Made by a program: the position numbers and the translations under genes. The notes below the pieces were generated by a model. The model made no database searches. It had not been told where the DNA came from and saw only the letters and a program-made list of their open reading frames with translations. Below are positions 1 to 12,698 of a stretch of 52,671 nt of DNA, piece after piece. Source of the DNA: Welwitschia mirabilis (lineage: Eukaryota); NCBI GenBank assembly GCA_051453625.1, contig JBOZIK010000001.1:41499898-41552568 (forward strand), written 5' to 3'. Each line of letters opens with the position of its first letter. Positions within the stretch are counted from its first letter, which is position 1.

Positions 1-573
1 AATGTAAAATAAACTCCTTTATTACATTGACTCTGTAATAAATTTAATTTAAAGTAAACTTAATGTAAAACTAATATTTAAAAAAACCAAATGTAAAAAT
101 AGTAATCTTTTTAAAAATAATAAATTTATAAAACTTAATAACTTTAATTAAAAAATTAATTTGAACTTAATAAATTTTTAAATATTAATAAATTAAAGAT
201 AATGTAAAAATAATAATTATATAAAAATAATAAATTTTAAAGAACTAGTTTATTACTTAGGGCTAGATTATAATAACTGGTAAAGCACTCTATAAGTTTG
301 AATTTAACTAACTTGAAAAATCTATGAGAACCCAAGTTATACTCACATTTTTGTTGAATATTACTATTATTTCTAAACCCAATATTAAATATTAAATGTT
401 TGAATAAACTGTAAGATAGTTTTTTTCTTAAGAGAATGTTTAATTTTATTAATTAGGACTAGATTATAATAATTGCTTAAGGAATTTATATTTTTAAATC
501 TAATTAACTTAAATAATTTAATCATATTTTTATTTAGTTGTATTATAATTTCTAGATAGTTAAAATGATATTC

Positions 574-648
574 ATGCTTGTGCTGAGAGTTAAACCTGTG
601 ATCTCACCGCTAGTATACCTACAACTTTGCCACTACACCAAGGCACGC
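574..648 (-). pseudogene. tRNA-derived sequence (tRNA pseudogene or SINE head)
   Basis: Minus strand reads GCGTGCCTTGGTGTAGTGG...GAGATCACAGGTTTAACTCTCAGCACAAGCA. It has an A-box-like TGGTGTAGTGG and a B-box-like GGTTTAACTC at tRNA-like spacing, about 75 nt, GC-richer than its flanks. The cloverleaf is imperfect. Confidence 0.5.
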
Positions 649-1954
649 TACATTGAAAAAAAGAATGCTTACTAACCAAGATAAAGCAATTAACAGGGGG
701 AAATAGTAGCTATAGATAGTGTTAAATCTGATTGAAATTTTTTTTTTTTGCATATCGAACGTGTCTTGGAAGCTCCCAAAACCTGCAAGTATAACTTATG
801 CACTTGCTTGAGAGCTATTTTACATAAATCTGGACTTCATCGCTCCTCGCCTCACATCAAATCCAAAGAATTTAAATGGTAACACATTTGCATATGGCAT
901 ATGCAAATTCAAAATTCAATCACATTTGCCATTTTTAAGCATTAAATCTATGTTCTGCGATATCAATCAACAGTTTCATAAACATAAAACACTAAAGAAT
1001 GTTGGATGGATGAAATAGAGACATGCTAAGGGAGTATTCCACAAACAGAGGCGTGAATTGAAATCAATGTTTTGCATATCAAATGCAGCAGAGAGAGGCG
1101 AGAGACAATGTGAAATTCGATTCTAAAATGTTAGGAAATGAAAAAAATGCATTTGAGATGCCCAACAAAAATCACAAAAGTTATTTTTAGATGAGGGCCT
1201 TACCTGTTTGTCTTAAGAAGAATGGATGATGGGCTAATTAAGGGTAAAATCTAAGAGGTAGCATGTATAATGAGTACAAATTTTTGATAAAACAACTTAA
1301 ACAGTGAGGCTCAATGCAGAGAAAAAACAAGTTTCAACCCAATGAATTTCCAAAAAAAGCTTGAAGATGATTAAGAAATGATAGATGAGGGATTAATTTA
1401 AAGGTTGAAGCAAGAAAAGGATAATAAGAAATAACATTCGTTTGATTAAAGCGTTTTTGTCAGAGGATGTCCATTACAATTTTTATCCGCTCTGACATTT
1501 CAGAAACGGCTGCCAGGTGTTGCAAATTCAGTTGAATTTTGACCAAAATTAGACTTTGAATGTCTGTTACTTGTGCGTCAGTTACCCTATGCATCTGCTC
1601 CAAGAATCTCACCCTTTTGGCCAAATGATAACACCATCCTGGACATTTCAGTGGCTAAGGATGGCCTCTCGCCAAATTAGAGTGTGTTTTAAGCTCATTT
1701 GGATGTTTTTAATGGAATAATAGCAAACATTGATCCACTATTATGGATAATCAAAAGAGCATAATTTTGGAGCATTTATAATCCTTTCTAGATGATTTTT
1801 TAAGCATGACCTATTACTAATCCCACTGGTGAACCTCTAATAGATAACTAATGAGGTTATGACAAGATTCTATAGCATGACGAACTTGGTAGATCTCTAA
1901 TAGATAATGATTTGTAACTAATGATTTGCAACCAATGGCTTATAATCAATAAAT

Positions 1955-2170
1955 AATTAGTTCATCCATTACTAGATTTATAATGTAACTACTAATTAAT
2001 TTATTACTAAATTATTATTGTAATCACCAATCAATGCATTACCAGATTATTATTGTAACTGCTAATCAATCCATTATCAAATTATTATTATAACCTTTAA
2101 TCAATTTGTTAATAAATTATCATTATTATAACTGCTAATTTTTGTTACCAAATTATTGTTGTAACTGCCA
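1955..2170. repeat. Degenerate ~35-bp tandem repeat, about 6 copies, probably inside an LTR-like fragment
   Basis: Recurrent unit like AATCAATCCATTACCAGATTATTATTGTAACTGCT, followed by a TATA-like CCTATAAAT near 2178. Confidence 0.7.
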
Positions 2171-2999
2171 ACCTGAACCTATAAATTACCCTTTAGGCAT
2201 CCCATTTCTTGACCCTTTTTATATCAAAGTAGCTTATGAAATTAATGCACTTTGAGCTTCGCTTGTGAAAGAAGTTCTCATTGGTATTGGGCTACGTTTC
2301 CTTTGTTGAGGAATTAACGTTTGTAAGTGGATGTATTTGAAGTGCAATTGGTAATAAAATCAAGTGTGCCTCTTCTCAAATTCTCTCTCTATCTCTTCCT
2401 TATCCTTTATATTAATGTCAATTTAATACTACTCTAGATTAAATCTAATATTAATATAAAGAGTAAGGACTAACTTGCATGATAACAAGTTAGTAAATTA
2501 GTTGATTAATTGCATTTCGGACATTACATTTTATTTCAATTGCATTTTCTATTTTTGTTGCCTGTCATTCATCTCATTCAACATTTGCATTATTAATTTT
2601 ATTTTTTCTTACTTAATTAAAAAATACCAAAAATAATTTCTTTCTCTTTTGAATGATTTAATGTTTTAATATTCTTTTGTTTGCTTTACCAGTTTATGAC
2701 ATTTGGGTTACACCCTATATTAGCATCTGTCATATGCTCAGACTACAAGTTTAATTCATAAGTGAAGAAATATTTTATTAATGCATGCCTAAGAGATGGT
2801 CATTTACAAACTAGACTTCTTGAACATGATAAGCCTTCTCCAAAGTTATGAGATTGGAAGAGTTAATTCGCAGAAGAGTTGGTAGAAGTAGTAGCATTTT
2901 TGTGTTGTTTACTCTTATAAGAGTAAACATCTTCGCTTAAAGATGTAACAGCCATTGGAAAGATCTATCCCAAAAACCTCAAAAGATTTCTCTGTAGTG

Positions 3000-3900
3000 A
3001 TATTTATAGTGAAATGGAGAAAAGCATCCATGATAGATTTGGGAGGGTCAATGGATGTATCCCTATTAAACTTAGAGTGAGGAGATTCCTCTTATGGGTT
3101 AGCTTTTGGCAATTTTAAATGAGATGTTTCTGATTGTGATAATAGTTATAGCTCCCTAGCAAACCAAGGTAACCAAAAATTGAGACTTATAATAATCCTG
3201 AAAACCTTTGATGACAAAGCCGTAGATGCTAAATCGATAATAATCCATGCATGTTTGCTTAGATTAACATTACTTGATGGTTCTCGCTCTTTTGTAATGA
3301 ATGTACCTAAATTTTTGCATAAATATGGAATAAGAGACCAAAATGATCCCTTTAAATTTGGGAATTTGATCAAAATGGGCACCTTCATAGATGCATGCTC
3401 ATTAATTTCAAAAATCTTAATCCACTGTTTCAGAAAAAGAAGGGTCTAACCTACATACCTAGGTCGTGAAACGGAAAGGGGAAAAAACCTTTAGAACAAT
3501 TGAAGACAAAAGTGCATGAAAAGCTTTGAGCTCCCAATCCTTGCCAATCTATGCCAAATCGACTTTTGGTGATGGTGGAGGACCAACAAAAAAAACCAAG
3601 AGCATGCAAGGATATAAAATCTCTATAGACCATATCATATTTAAATGTCACATTGACTTTGTAGATAATAGGGAGAGACAAAGAATCTACGTCATTGTCC
3701 ATAACTACTCCAAAACGCTCAAAACCTTCCTTTATTAAATCTTATGACTCAAGGGAAAACTCCCAAAACTCTATGAAGCATGTATTTTATCGAAGAAGCT
3801 AAACTACCTTCCAAGTTATGTACTACATGCATTGAGATGATGACAAGTGACATAGAATTTGAAACTTGTGGTGTACATTTATTAAACTGTTTAGTCCGCT
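3000..3900 (-). mobile_element. Degenerate LINE (L1-type) reverse transcriptase remnant
   Basis: Minus-strand translations give LASSIKYMLHRVL..IRFNKGRF (cf. LANRLK..L...Q..F.KGR), IIYKVNVTFKYDMVYRDFISLHALGF..W (cf. LKLD..KAYD.V.W.FL...L..GF...W) and VFNCSKGFF (cf. VNG....FF), in correct order, with stops and frameshifts. Confidence 0.5.
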
Positions 3901-5702
3901 CAGAATTTTATGACTTTGGACATGATTTGTATTTGGCATGGCTCTGGCTCTATGCTTCTTTTTGGTCTTGAACGGAAGTTTACCGGCCCTTTTTACATGA
4001 CTTGTCGTACTCAAATTCCGATTACCGACCACACGAATTATTTACGTTACGGCATTTGACACTTACTCCTCCTCTTTTCTTAACGACGGAGGAAGGCGGC
4101 GCGTCAAAAGGTTGGAAAATGATAAGTCAACAGGAAACGCAGGTTTTATAACATTGCACACGTTTCATGTCATGTGTTATCACACAAATTGCATGAACAT
4201 GGTCATGTTTATGTTGCGCAGGTTAATCAAATTTTAAATATTTATATTAATAGCATCTTCAAACTCACCAAACACGACGCCACCTTACAATAACATATGA
4301 CAATTGTATATTTCAGAGTGGCAATTTGCCGTAATTTATACTTATCACGCAGTTGAAGGGAGAGAATGACCATCATACATGTGATACGAAAATATGATCT
4401 GACGCTCACCTCTTCTCCCTTCCTATCACCACCAAGCCGTTGCGCTTTTTATGTTAGCACTCTCACTCAAGTTGACGCAGATTAACAGCAACAATGGGTT
4501 AAACAGCCTTCTATCTCTTATATAAGGTGTATAAATGCAATGCACACCACAAGTTTGACATATACATACAACTTATCATCACCTAAACATAGGCAGTGAC
4601 TCAGAATCCGGACGCAGCACCAACGCTGTGCATGCTCTGTTGTAACACTTGTGCCGACCTTTCCGAGACTCCTGCTCGCGCTGTACATAGAAACAACAAA
4701 CTTGTGTTAATGACCCGAGCCACAGTTATCTGATACCGGCCATTGCTTTCGTGCATGTGCGAAGGCGGAGAGACTGTACGCTACAGCAATCTGGCGTTTT
4801 CGACATGTGAGCGGTACAGGCAACAACTTTGGCAGGCCAGAGGCGTGTATAATTTTGACTCAAACATAGGGATTCGTACTTATGATGCCAGCAAAGCAGG
4901 AGCCCCACCGACAAGACAGCCTTCGGCTGAGGACCACACAGAGGAGCCCAGTGGGCACAAAAGTCGAATATTCCCGACGTACATCCGTTTTGAGAAGAGT
5001 TCTTACGTGTAACCCCAATGAATGAACTCGCACCTTGCTTGTATCTTTTAAGCGCGGGGGGTGATGTGTGAAAAGGAGGCTGCCGGATGGCTGCTTTACA
5101 TGTGTTTTACATCTCCACGCACGTTCTGCGCGTACTCTTGTTTGGTACTGGGTAGTTGGTACGACGACCTTTGGCCTTTTCTTAATTACAATTACTTTTT
5201 GCCCACTTGTACGCTCTTCACTTCAACCACATTTGGTGCGGCAAACATGTATTAACTAAAACGAATGCCTTCCATCTCATATCATCTGTCTTTAGCCAAG
5301 TGGATGGTACCCTACTTGACACTGGCTGAATCGCGCATAGATTATTTACTTCCAAAAAATCTTGTGGTCCCGCGCTTCATCGGGCCGTCGTGTCCGTTCA
5401 CGTCGTTTTTTTTGGACGCCNNNNNNNNNNACAGAACGAGAGGAATAGTCCGCGCCGGCAATCCAGATGGTGACATACCGAGACGGATGAGTCACGGCTT
5501 ATGAGTCGTCCACCAGGAGCACTATCGGATTCGGAGGTGGAGTTGTTATACATGTTTGCTACTGCAATCGAAAGATCTCACGGAGTTACCGTGCTCATAG
5601 CGGCACCTCCCACTTTACTTTTCCGCGCGGAATTCGCCGACGACTATTCCATATTAGATCTCTTTGATAATATCTTCAATGTTGACAACGAGGGGCACTG
5701 CT

Positions 5703-5711
5703 GCCACGTCA
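5703..5711. promoter_or_regulatory. ACGT-core bZIP site (hex/G-C hybrid box, TGACGTGGC on minus strand)
   Basis: GCCACGTCA about 45 bp upstream of the putative TATA box of the MFS gene. Confidence 0.4.
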
Positions 5712-5755
5712 TTTTTAAAATAAAGTTGGAGGGGCCTTAGGCAATAGCGTCAGTC

Positions 5756-5763
5756 CATAAATA
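5756..5763 (+). promoter_or_regulatory. Putative TATA-like box of the MFS gene
   Basis: CATAAATA about 160 bp upstream of the ATG at 5922. Confidence 0.45.
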
Positions 5764-5921
5764 CGGCATCGCCTCCCTTCGTTTCAGATGTACTACTAGT
5801 GTTGTGTCGAGATAGCAGCAGCAGAGGTGAGCAAAGCGCGAGCTCTGTGTGGTGTGTGTGGAACAGAAGAGAAGCATTATCCGAAATCTTTCTGTGGGTC
5901 TTGTCTTTCGTGCTTTGTGTC

Positions 5922-6260
5922 ATGGCAGAGGCCGCGGGTTCCAACTGGAGGAAAAAGGAGGCGTTGAGATGGCTAGGTTTTGTTACAGCGATCTGGGTGC
6001 AGGCAATCGCGGGAAACAACTACACGTTTTCGAACTATTCTGAGGCATTAAAGACAATCATGGGGCTTAACCAGGTGCAACTCAACAATCTGGGCGTGGC
6101 CAAAGACGTGGGGAAGGCCTTTGGATTAGTTGCAGGCTTCGCGTCCGATTACCTTCCGGCATGGCTTATCCTCCTTATTGGTTCCCTCGAGGGTTTTGTA
6201 GGCTACGGTGCGCAATGGCTGGTCGTCAGTCAGAGAATTCGTCCGATTCCATACTGGCAA
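5922..6260 (+). CDS. Nodulin-like / NFD4-like MFS transporter, exon 1
   Basis: ATG at 5922 (MAEAAG...). RWLGFVTAIWVQAIAGNNYTFSNYS...AKDVGKAFG...YWQ matches the plant nodulin-like N-terminal domain; by recollection it is close to the Arabidopsis At4g34950/At2g16660 clade. GT donor at 6261, phase 0. Confidence 0.93.
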
Positions 6261-6377
6261 GTAAGAACAAACCTTTTCATGTACAATATTTTTTCTCCTT
6301 CAGAAACATGAACAGATACAGAAAGCCTGGTGAAAGGCACTCAGATTAACGATTGGAAATGAACAAAATGTGGACAG

Positions 6378-7216
6378 ATGTGCGTGTTTTTGTGCATGGG
6401 CGGAAACAGCACCACGTGGATGAACACCGCTGTGCTTGTGACATGCATAAGAAACTTCAAGAGAAACAGAGGACCAGTTGTAGGCATACTCAAGGGTTAC
6501 ATTGGGCTCAGCACAGCCATATTCACGGATCTCTGCAGCGCACTCTTCTCCAGTAGCGCCTCCTCGTTTCTGATGATGCTCACGCTCATCCCCGGCGCCG
6601 TTTGCGTAAGTTCGATGATATTCTTTCGACCACTCCCCTCCGCCACCAACGAAGCAGAAGAAAAGAGGGAGTCCTCCAAGTTTGGCCTATTCAATGCCAT
6701 CGCAGTCATTGTAGCCGTTTACTTGTTGGCTTTTGATATAACCGGCGAGCACGGTGTCGTTCTCTCGCGTAGCTTTGCAGCGTTTCTTCTAATTCTGCTC
6801 GCAGCGCCGCTGGTTGTGCCTTTGAAAGTCTTGCTTGAGGGTAGCAGCTGCTCGTCCGATGTCGAAAGCCAAATTCGACAGCCACTAATCCAAGACCAAG
6901 ATAAGCAAGATGAATCGGTGACCAAAGGTAAGGATGATAAGAGAGAAGAACTTGCGCTGAAAGGAGAGTCTGGCGAAGGAAGACCAAGACTAGGGGAGGA
7001 TCACACCATAATGCAGGCTCTAAGGAACGTCGATTTCTGGTTGTTGTTCTTTGCTTTTCTGTGCGGGGTGGGCACGGGAATGGCCGTGATAAACAACATG
7101 GGTCAAATCGGGCAAGCCATGGGCTACTCTGATGTCTCCGTCTTTGTCTCTCTCATCAGTATTTGGGGCTTCTTTGGCAGGATCGGTGCCGGCTCCATCT
7201 CCGAGCACTTCCTCAA
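6378..7216 (+). CDS. Nodulin-like / NFD4-like MFS transporter, exon 2
   Basis: AG acceptor at 6376-6377. MCVFLCMGGNSTTWMNTAVLVTCIRNF...GEDHTI..AL..VDFWLLF...NNMGQIG...SIWGFFGRI. Donor AA|GTATTG at 7217, phase 2. Confidence 0.93.
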
Positions 7217-7305
7217 GTATTGACTTTCGCTCTCCTTCTGTATCTTATCTTTGCCTTGTTTCTTGTTTTTCACAAGACAGATAAACGAATGGGCTGCTGA
7301 AACAG

Positions 7306-7804
7306 GAAAGCGGGAGTGCCAAGGCCGGTGTGGATGGCGGCGTCACAAGTTCTAATGGTGGTTGGATACGCGGTGATGAGTGTCGGGATGGGGGTCTGGA
7401 GTCTATACATGGGCTCAATTGTGGTGGGGATCTGCTATGGCGTTCGGTTATCTGTTTCTGTGCCAACGGCGTCGGAGCTGTTCGGACTCAAGTACTACGG
7501 AATCATTTATAATTTCTTAATATTAAACTTGCCCATCGGGTCGCTTCTGTTCTCGGGACTGTTAGCGGGATTTCTGTACGACATCGAAGCAGCCAAGGAC
7601 GATGGCGGGGAAGATAGCAAGTGCGTTGGAGCGCATTGCTACAGGATGGTCTTCATTGTAATGGCTGTAGTGTGCATTTTGGGGTTGGCCTTGGACCTCC
7701 TCCTGAGCCTGCGCACAAGGGCCCTGTACCGAAACATATTCGAGTCGAGGAAGAGCGAAAAGAGCAGCAGCACCCCCTCCACCAAAGCGCCGAGCGACAA
7801 ATGA
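7306..7804 (+). CDS. Nodulin-like / NFD4-like MFS transporter, exon 3
   Basis: CAG acceptor ending 7305 restores SEHFLK-KAGVPRP. Contains ASELFGLKYYG..YN.L.LNLP.GS.LFSG..AG.LYD and the C.GAHCY motif; stop TGA at 7802-7804. Spliced CDS is 1677 nt = 558 aa. Confidence 0.92.
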
Positions 7805-8429
7805 GATCAGATACGGATGGACGCCAGTGCAACGCCGTGTAACATTAGCAAAATTTGCATCTCCGCTCCCTTAGTGGGAGAGAGAGAAGGAGATGGAAGG
7901 GGACTTCTGCGGCGTTTGTTTCCCTACCATGGCGAAGAAAGTCATCTATCTTATCTTCCAATAATCCGATTGTTGGAAAAACGGCGTCCATCTGGGCAAC
8001 ACGCACGTGAATTTCTCAGAGCCAATGTGAGACGTGTTGTGTCTAGTTTGGGAAGGTAGCCGCCACACCAGATGGAATAATGAAAGAAATATGTAGTAGC
8101 GACGCAGGGAGCCCTCGAGGGAAACCCACGTTCTGTTTATTGTACTTGACCATGGACGTCACTGTATTTGAGTTTAAGAGAAGCTCGATGTTGATGGAGT
8201 ATCTGATAATGTATGAAGATTAATGTTGAAAGTGAATGTTTTGGAATATTAAACTTGAGAGTACAATAACTATAACGGAATGATTTAACTATAGCTAGAG
8301 CCTTTATTGTTCAAAATTATCGCTGGCGTTGATGGTATATATGTTATAATAGGTAATTAATGCGTTGTTTTGGATTGAGATGAAGCTCTAGTACGGCATT
8401 GAAGTACAAGTTCACATCCCGTGAGGCTA

Positions 8430-8900
8430 TGCCCATACGCATTATGTGGGATTTGGTTGGGGCTACCTACAAACCCGTTAACTCTTGCCCCTACCAAATA
8501 ACAGTAAGGAGGGCTTGCCAAGCTTGCTGCTTTTTATTATTAATGCTTCTCATCTCTTGATCCTCTTGGAATGGCTATCTTTAAGATGTTGGTTAATTTT
8601 GATAAATAGACTCCTTACAAAAACACAAATTGTTAAATTTTGATAAATAGACTCCTTACAAAAACACAAATTGTTAAAAGAGGATCTACATAGATTTATG
8701 TTAGCACCCATTTTATTAAAAAGATCCTTAGTAGGCAAACTTTTCTTGGTGATTTTATTTGAAACTAGCTTAAGCTTTGAAGCTAAAATGGAAAGTTGCC
8801 AATTCTTGAAAAGAGAATATCAAGTTGTTGGATGTGAAGTTGGATAGGCTAGATAAGTGAGGTAATTCAACTTATCTAACCGTGGTTCATTGTCTTCTAT
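8430..8900 (-). mobile_element. LINE ORF2 fragment (region downstream of RT core), degenerate
   Basis: Minus strand GANINLCRS (cf. GA.IN..KS) and KLGKPSLLLFGR (cf. KL..W....LS..GR). Confidence 0.35.
8595..8678. repeat. Exact 41-bp tandem duplication
   Basis: GATAAATAGACTCCTTACAAAAACACAAATTGTTAAA starts at 8601 and again at 8642. Confidence 0.9.
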
Positions 8901-9299
8901 TTTAAAATGCATTAGAAACCAACTTATTTTAATTAGTTAGTAAATGAAAAATTTAAAGTGAAATGATTCAAATATATTTAAAGAGTTAAAGTAAAATTTT
9001 AACTGTTTTTTATAATAATGAAAACATAAGAATTTGGTGATGTGAAATAGAGATGGTATTCTATAACTTTGAAGACATAAGAGGTAAGGTTTTAAATATT
9101 TCTATAATCCTCTCTCTTTACATGGGGGATCCAAATAATGTAAATGTTGTTGAATATAGCTCCCAAGTAGAGTCATCATATAATTCTAAAGATAGAATAG
9201 TAGGTGTATATTTTTATTTTATTCCTCTTAATGATTTATTGAAGTATCACACTACCTCTCTTACCTTGATGCACTTTCTTAGAAATCTTAGGTTATCTT

Positions 9300-11650
9300 C
9301 CAAGATTGTTTTCTTTCTTGGAATATATTAATTTGTTTATAATGCGTTATGGTGTCATTGATTCTCATGCAAAGTATTTTGCTTTTTTTTATTTCTTTTT
9401 ACTGTTTAAGTTCCTTAAAATCTTAATGGTAGAGAAATCTATTTCTATATGTGCTTTTGTCCCTTGTCATGTTGTCTTAATAGTTTGACAATAAGAAACC
9501 AATTTTTGATGTTAACACTGTGATGTAGCTTATTTTGTGGAATTGTCAGATTTGCCTCTTAATTCTAAGAAATTTAAGTCTTAAGATTATTAAGCTCCTT
9601 GGACTAATTACTAAAATTCAAAAATGTTATTCCTTGCTTGGAATACAAGAAGGTATTTTGTTAATATAAATTTGAATAACAAAAATAAAGTTTTACCACT
9701 CAAAGTTAGTTTTGTTATTCATTAGTAATAGGTTATTAACTTTAATCTTCCAAATTCCTCTAACTGTTGCCATAAGGAAGGTCATTTATCTAACTACTAT
9801 CATCTTTTTTAATGAAAGAAGTTTATTGATGAACTTCATAAGAACAAAGCTCAAACTCCTCATGCTTTGAGGTTTCTTTTCTAGCTAAAATACTTCATGT
9901 AATATTAAAAAGCATATAACAATGAAAAAAATCAAATATTTAATTTTAATCAACTAGAAAAGAGAAAGAAGTTGATGCTTCTTTATTCAGGAAGATCCAA
10001 TTCACAAAATGCACACATTGTTGTTTAAATTAATGCTCTAAAAAAAAGAAGAAATTAAGTGTAAAAGACTTTAAAATAGTGGAATCATGTAAATGACCTA
10101 GTCGTAATGGACTTCAAAAAAGCTAAATATTTTAATGGATGCACTTATCTTATTAGAGAGTCCTTAAAGGATGTTAATAAAACATCTAATCTATTTAAAA
10201 TTTTAGAAGTCAGTTATGAGAACCTTATAGATCTTAACCTGAACATGATTGTTGATTTATCTGATAAAGAGAGGATGTCATTCCCACATGTTCATGATTA
10301 TATGTTTTTAGAATGTCCAAGGGCTCACAACAAGTCATTGGAGAAGGAGAGCTAGGAATTTCATTTAGGAATATGCCATGTCTCATAATTTCATATTATT
10401 ACAGGAAGTTAAAATCTATAAAGAAGAAACGAAATTTGTTTAGGAAGTTATTTATTACAAATAATGTTGCATTTACAATAGAACCTTTTACTAGTAAAGG
10501 TAATTTTTTTATTATGCCTCATTAATGTTGGCACTCTAAAGTAGTTAAAAGAGGTTATGATTCTCGAAAGAGATATTACTAGATGTGCTTACTACTTTCC
10601 TGATAAAGTTTTTAGAGTATGCCCATTTGCGCTCCAAATGAAGCTCCTAAAAGAGCTGTCTTCTCTTCTTTGGAGAAAAGTTCTTATCTTCTCTTCAAGA
10701 ACAGTTTTGTTCCATTGATTACCTTAAGTAATGTTAATATTTTCCTTCAAGGAGTTTTTTAACTCTTGGTCAAATTTTTGATGAATATGTGATCTTATTC
10801 TTTAATGAGTTAATAGATTTTATTTTTCTTCTATCTCTTTCTAGGATCAAAATACTTCTGTTAGAGTTCATAATAAATGCTTCTTATCAAATTATTATGT
10901 AATTTATTTGCAAATTGACTTTAGGAATTTGATTTAGTGAAATAATTTTTCAATTTGTAGATTACATGAAAATGCATATGATTCTAAATTAGACAAATCT
11001 ACTTTGCATATTTTTATGAAATGTAAATCCTCACCTAAGTAGAAATAGTAGCTTGAGGATATGGTGAATTTATGTGATGTGTTATATTTGGAATCATTTT
11101 AGAAATGTTACTAAACGAGTGGCTTTATTCAAACATTCAATAACATATTTCATCATTTTATGCTACTATTAAAAAGATTTTTTTGATCATCATCTCTATA
11201 AGTAGTGTTTTGAAAAAAAATAATTTAAATTTCTACAAAAATGTACTTTTTTATAAGTGACGTGTCTAATAACATAATTTATTAGCTTAACATTTAAGAT
11301 GTTAATTGTAGAGAATTTTTAAGTTTCTTAAAAGAGGCTTTGCTTCTCCATAGTTAAATAAGTTTAAAGTTGATGGTAGTTTACTCTAATCCTTAAGCCA
11401 TTCTTAGTTATTTAGTCAAGCATTTTACTAAGGTATTTAAATTAAATGATTTGCATTTACATCTCTTTGATCAAAATGCTATCTTTGCTCTTTAGGCAAT
11501 TTTAGAAGTTCATTAAAGTAGAAAGTAGGGCCATCTCTTATAGCATAGCCAACCCTTAATATTGCTCTTTTACAAGAATCATAAGGAACTTTTAAAGCAT
11601 ATAAGCATTCAAATTTAGAGATAACAAAGATATTGACTAGTGTTTAAGAA
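9300..11650 (+). mobile_element. Degenerate LINE: ORF1 (zinc knuckle) then ORF2 endonuclease/RT remnants
   Basis: YFVELSDLPL at ~9531 (cf. WVELP.LPL); NLPNSSNCCHKEGHL at ~9744 (CCHC knuckle); (R)VNRFY at ~10806 (cf. RLDRFY); weaker RT-like traces to ~11.5 kb. Many stops. Confidence 0.55.
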
Positions 11651-12698
11651 ATGAAAAAATATTAATTAAGACCTTCTCCTCCTAATAATTGGAAAACATT
11701 TTCAAAAGACAAATAATCAAGCAAGCTCAAATGAAGAAAGTCATAAACATACCATTATTTTCTTAACATAAAATGATGGATCATTAAGCAATAATGGATT
11801 TTAGGGAAGAGATCGTCCACTATAGATTTCTAATGTCATGAATGCAAATAAAAGAACTTGTAGTACTGAAATATCATTACTATTTAAAGGTAAATCATCT
11901 TGAAATGAAGTATATGGATAAATAAAAAAGCAAGAAAGATGTCATAAACCTTGCCACATTATTCAACTACCCTAACAAAATATTGAATGAATATAAATCA
12001 AATAAAATATTCTACCTAAATAGAAAAAAACTTAGTTTAAGACATTAAATTACATACTCAAAGAAAACATTTCATCTTAAATGTCCTATTCCATTGGTAA
12101 TTTTTCAATTTTCAAAAATTTTTAAGTAAATACAATGTATGATTTTATGCATAAATAAATTAAATTTTAAGAAAATTTCAAAACTAGTAAGATGATTTTC
12201 ATTTCTTAAAATAATATATACATTATCCCTAATGTTTGAATTAAGTTAGAAAGTTATAAGATAGCATACAAAGTCATATAACAAAGAAATTATCAAATAT
12301 ATTTCTATTATTTAATATGAAAATTAGTATATATATGAAGTGAAAAATAAAAACATAAATAAAAAGAAAGAGTAGAAGAAATTACACATTAGAAATAAGA
12401 AAAACTCCTAAGAGGAGACTTCTTATTCTCCTTAGAGGTAAGGATCCTTTGAAGCTTAGTAGGTCTATGCATTACCTTTCTGTGATTTCTTCTTACACTT
12501 CTTCATAGTCTTTGGGACTAATTTCCCTAACTACAAGTGCTATATTAATAAATTCTATTTTCTCTTGAGAGAAAATAGAAGTTATAGTCCTTGGTCATTG
12601 TTGTGTTAGAGGTAATAATGGCCTTTGCTCTTCTTCTTATTCTAGTTGTTGGTCTTTGGATGATTCCACCTATCTTCTTAAAATCTAATTTAGATAGA

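Noticed and set aside
4726-5740. Short ORFs upstream of the gene
   Set aside because: No recognisable motifs or splice structure; expected by chance in GC-richer DNA
5788-5799. Minimal uORF ATG TAC TAC TAG
   Set aside because: It lies about at the predicted transcription start, so it may not be in the mRNA; no supporting evidence
5799-5921. 41-codon N-terminal extension of the MFS ORF
   Set aside because: It starts at GTG; family similarity begins just after the ATG at 5922, which has good context
6497-8059. Overlapping alternative-frame and antisense ORFs
   Set aside because: Shadows of the MFS coding sequence and 3' UTR
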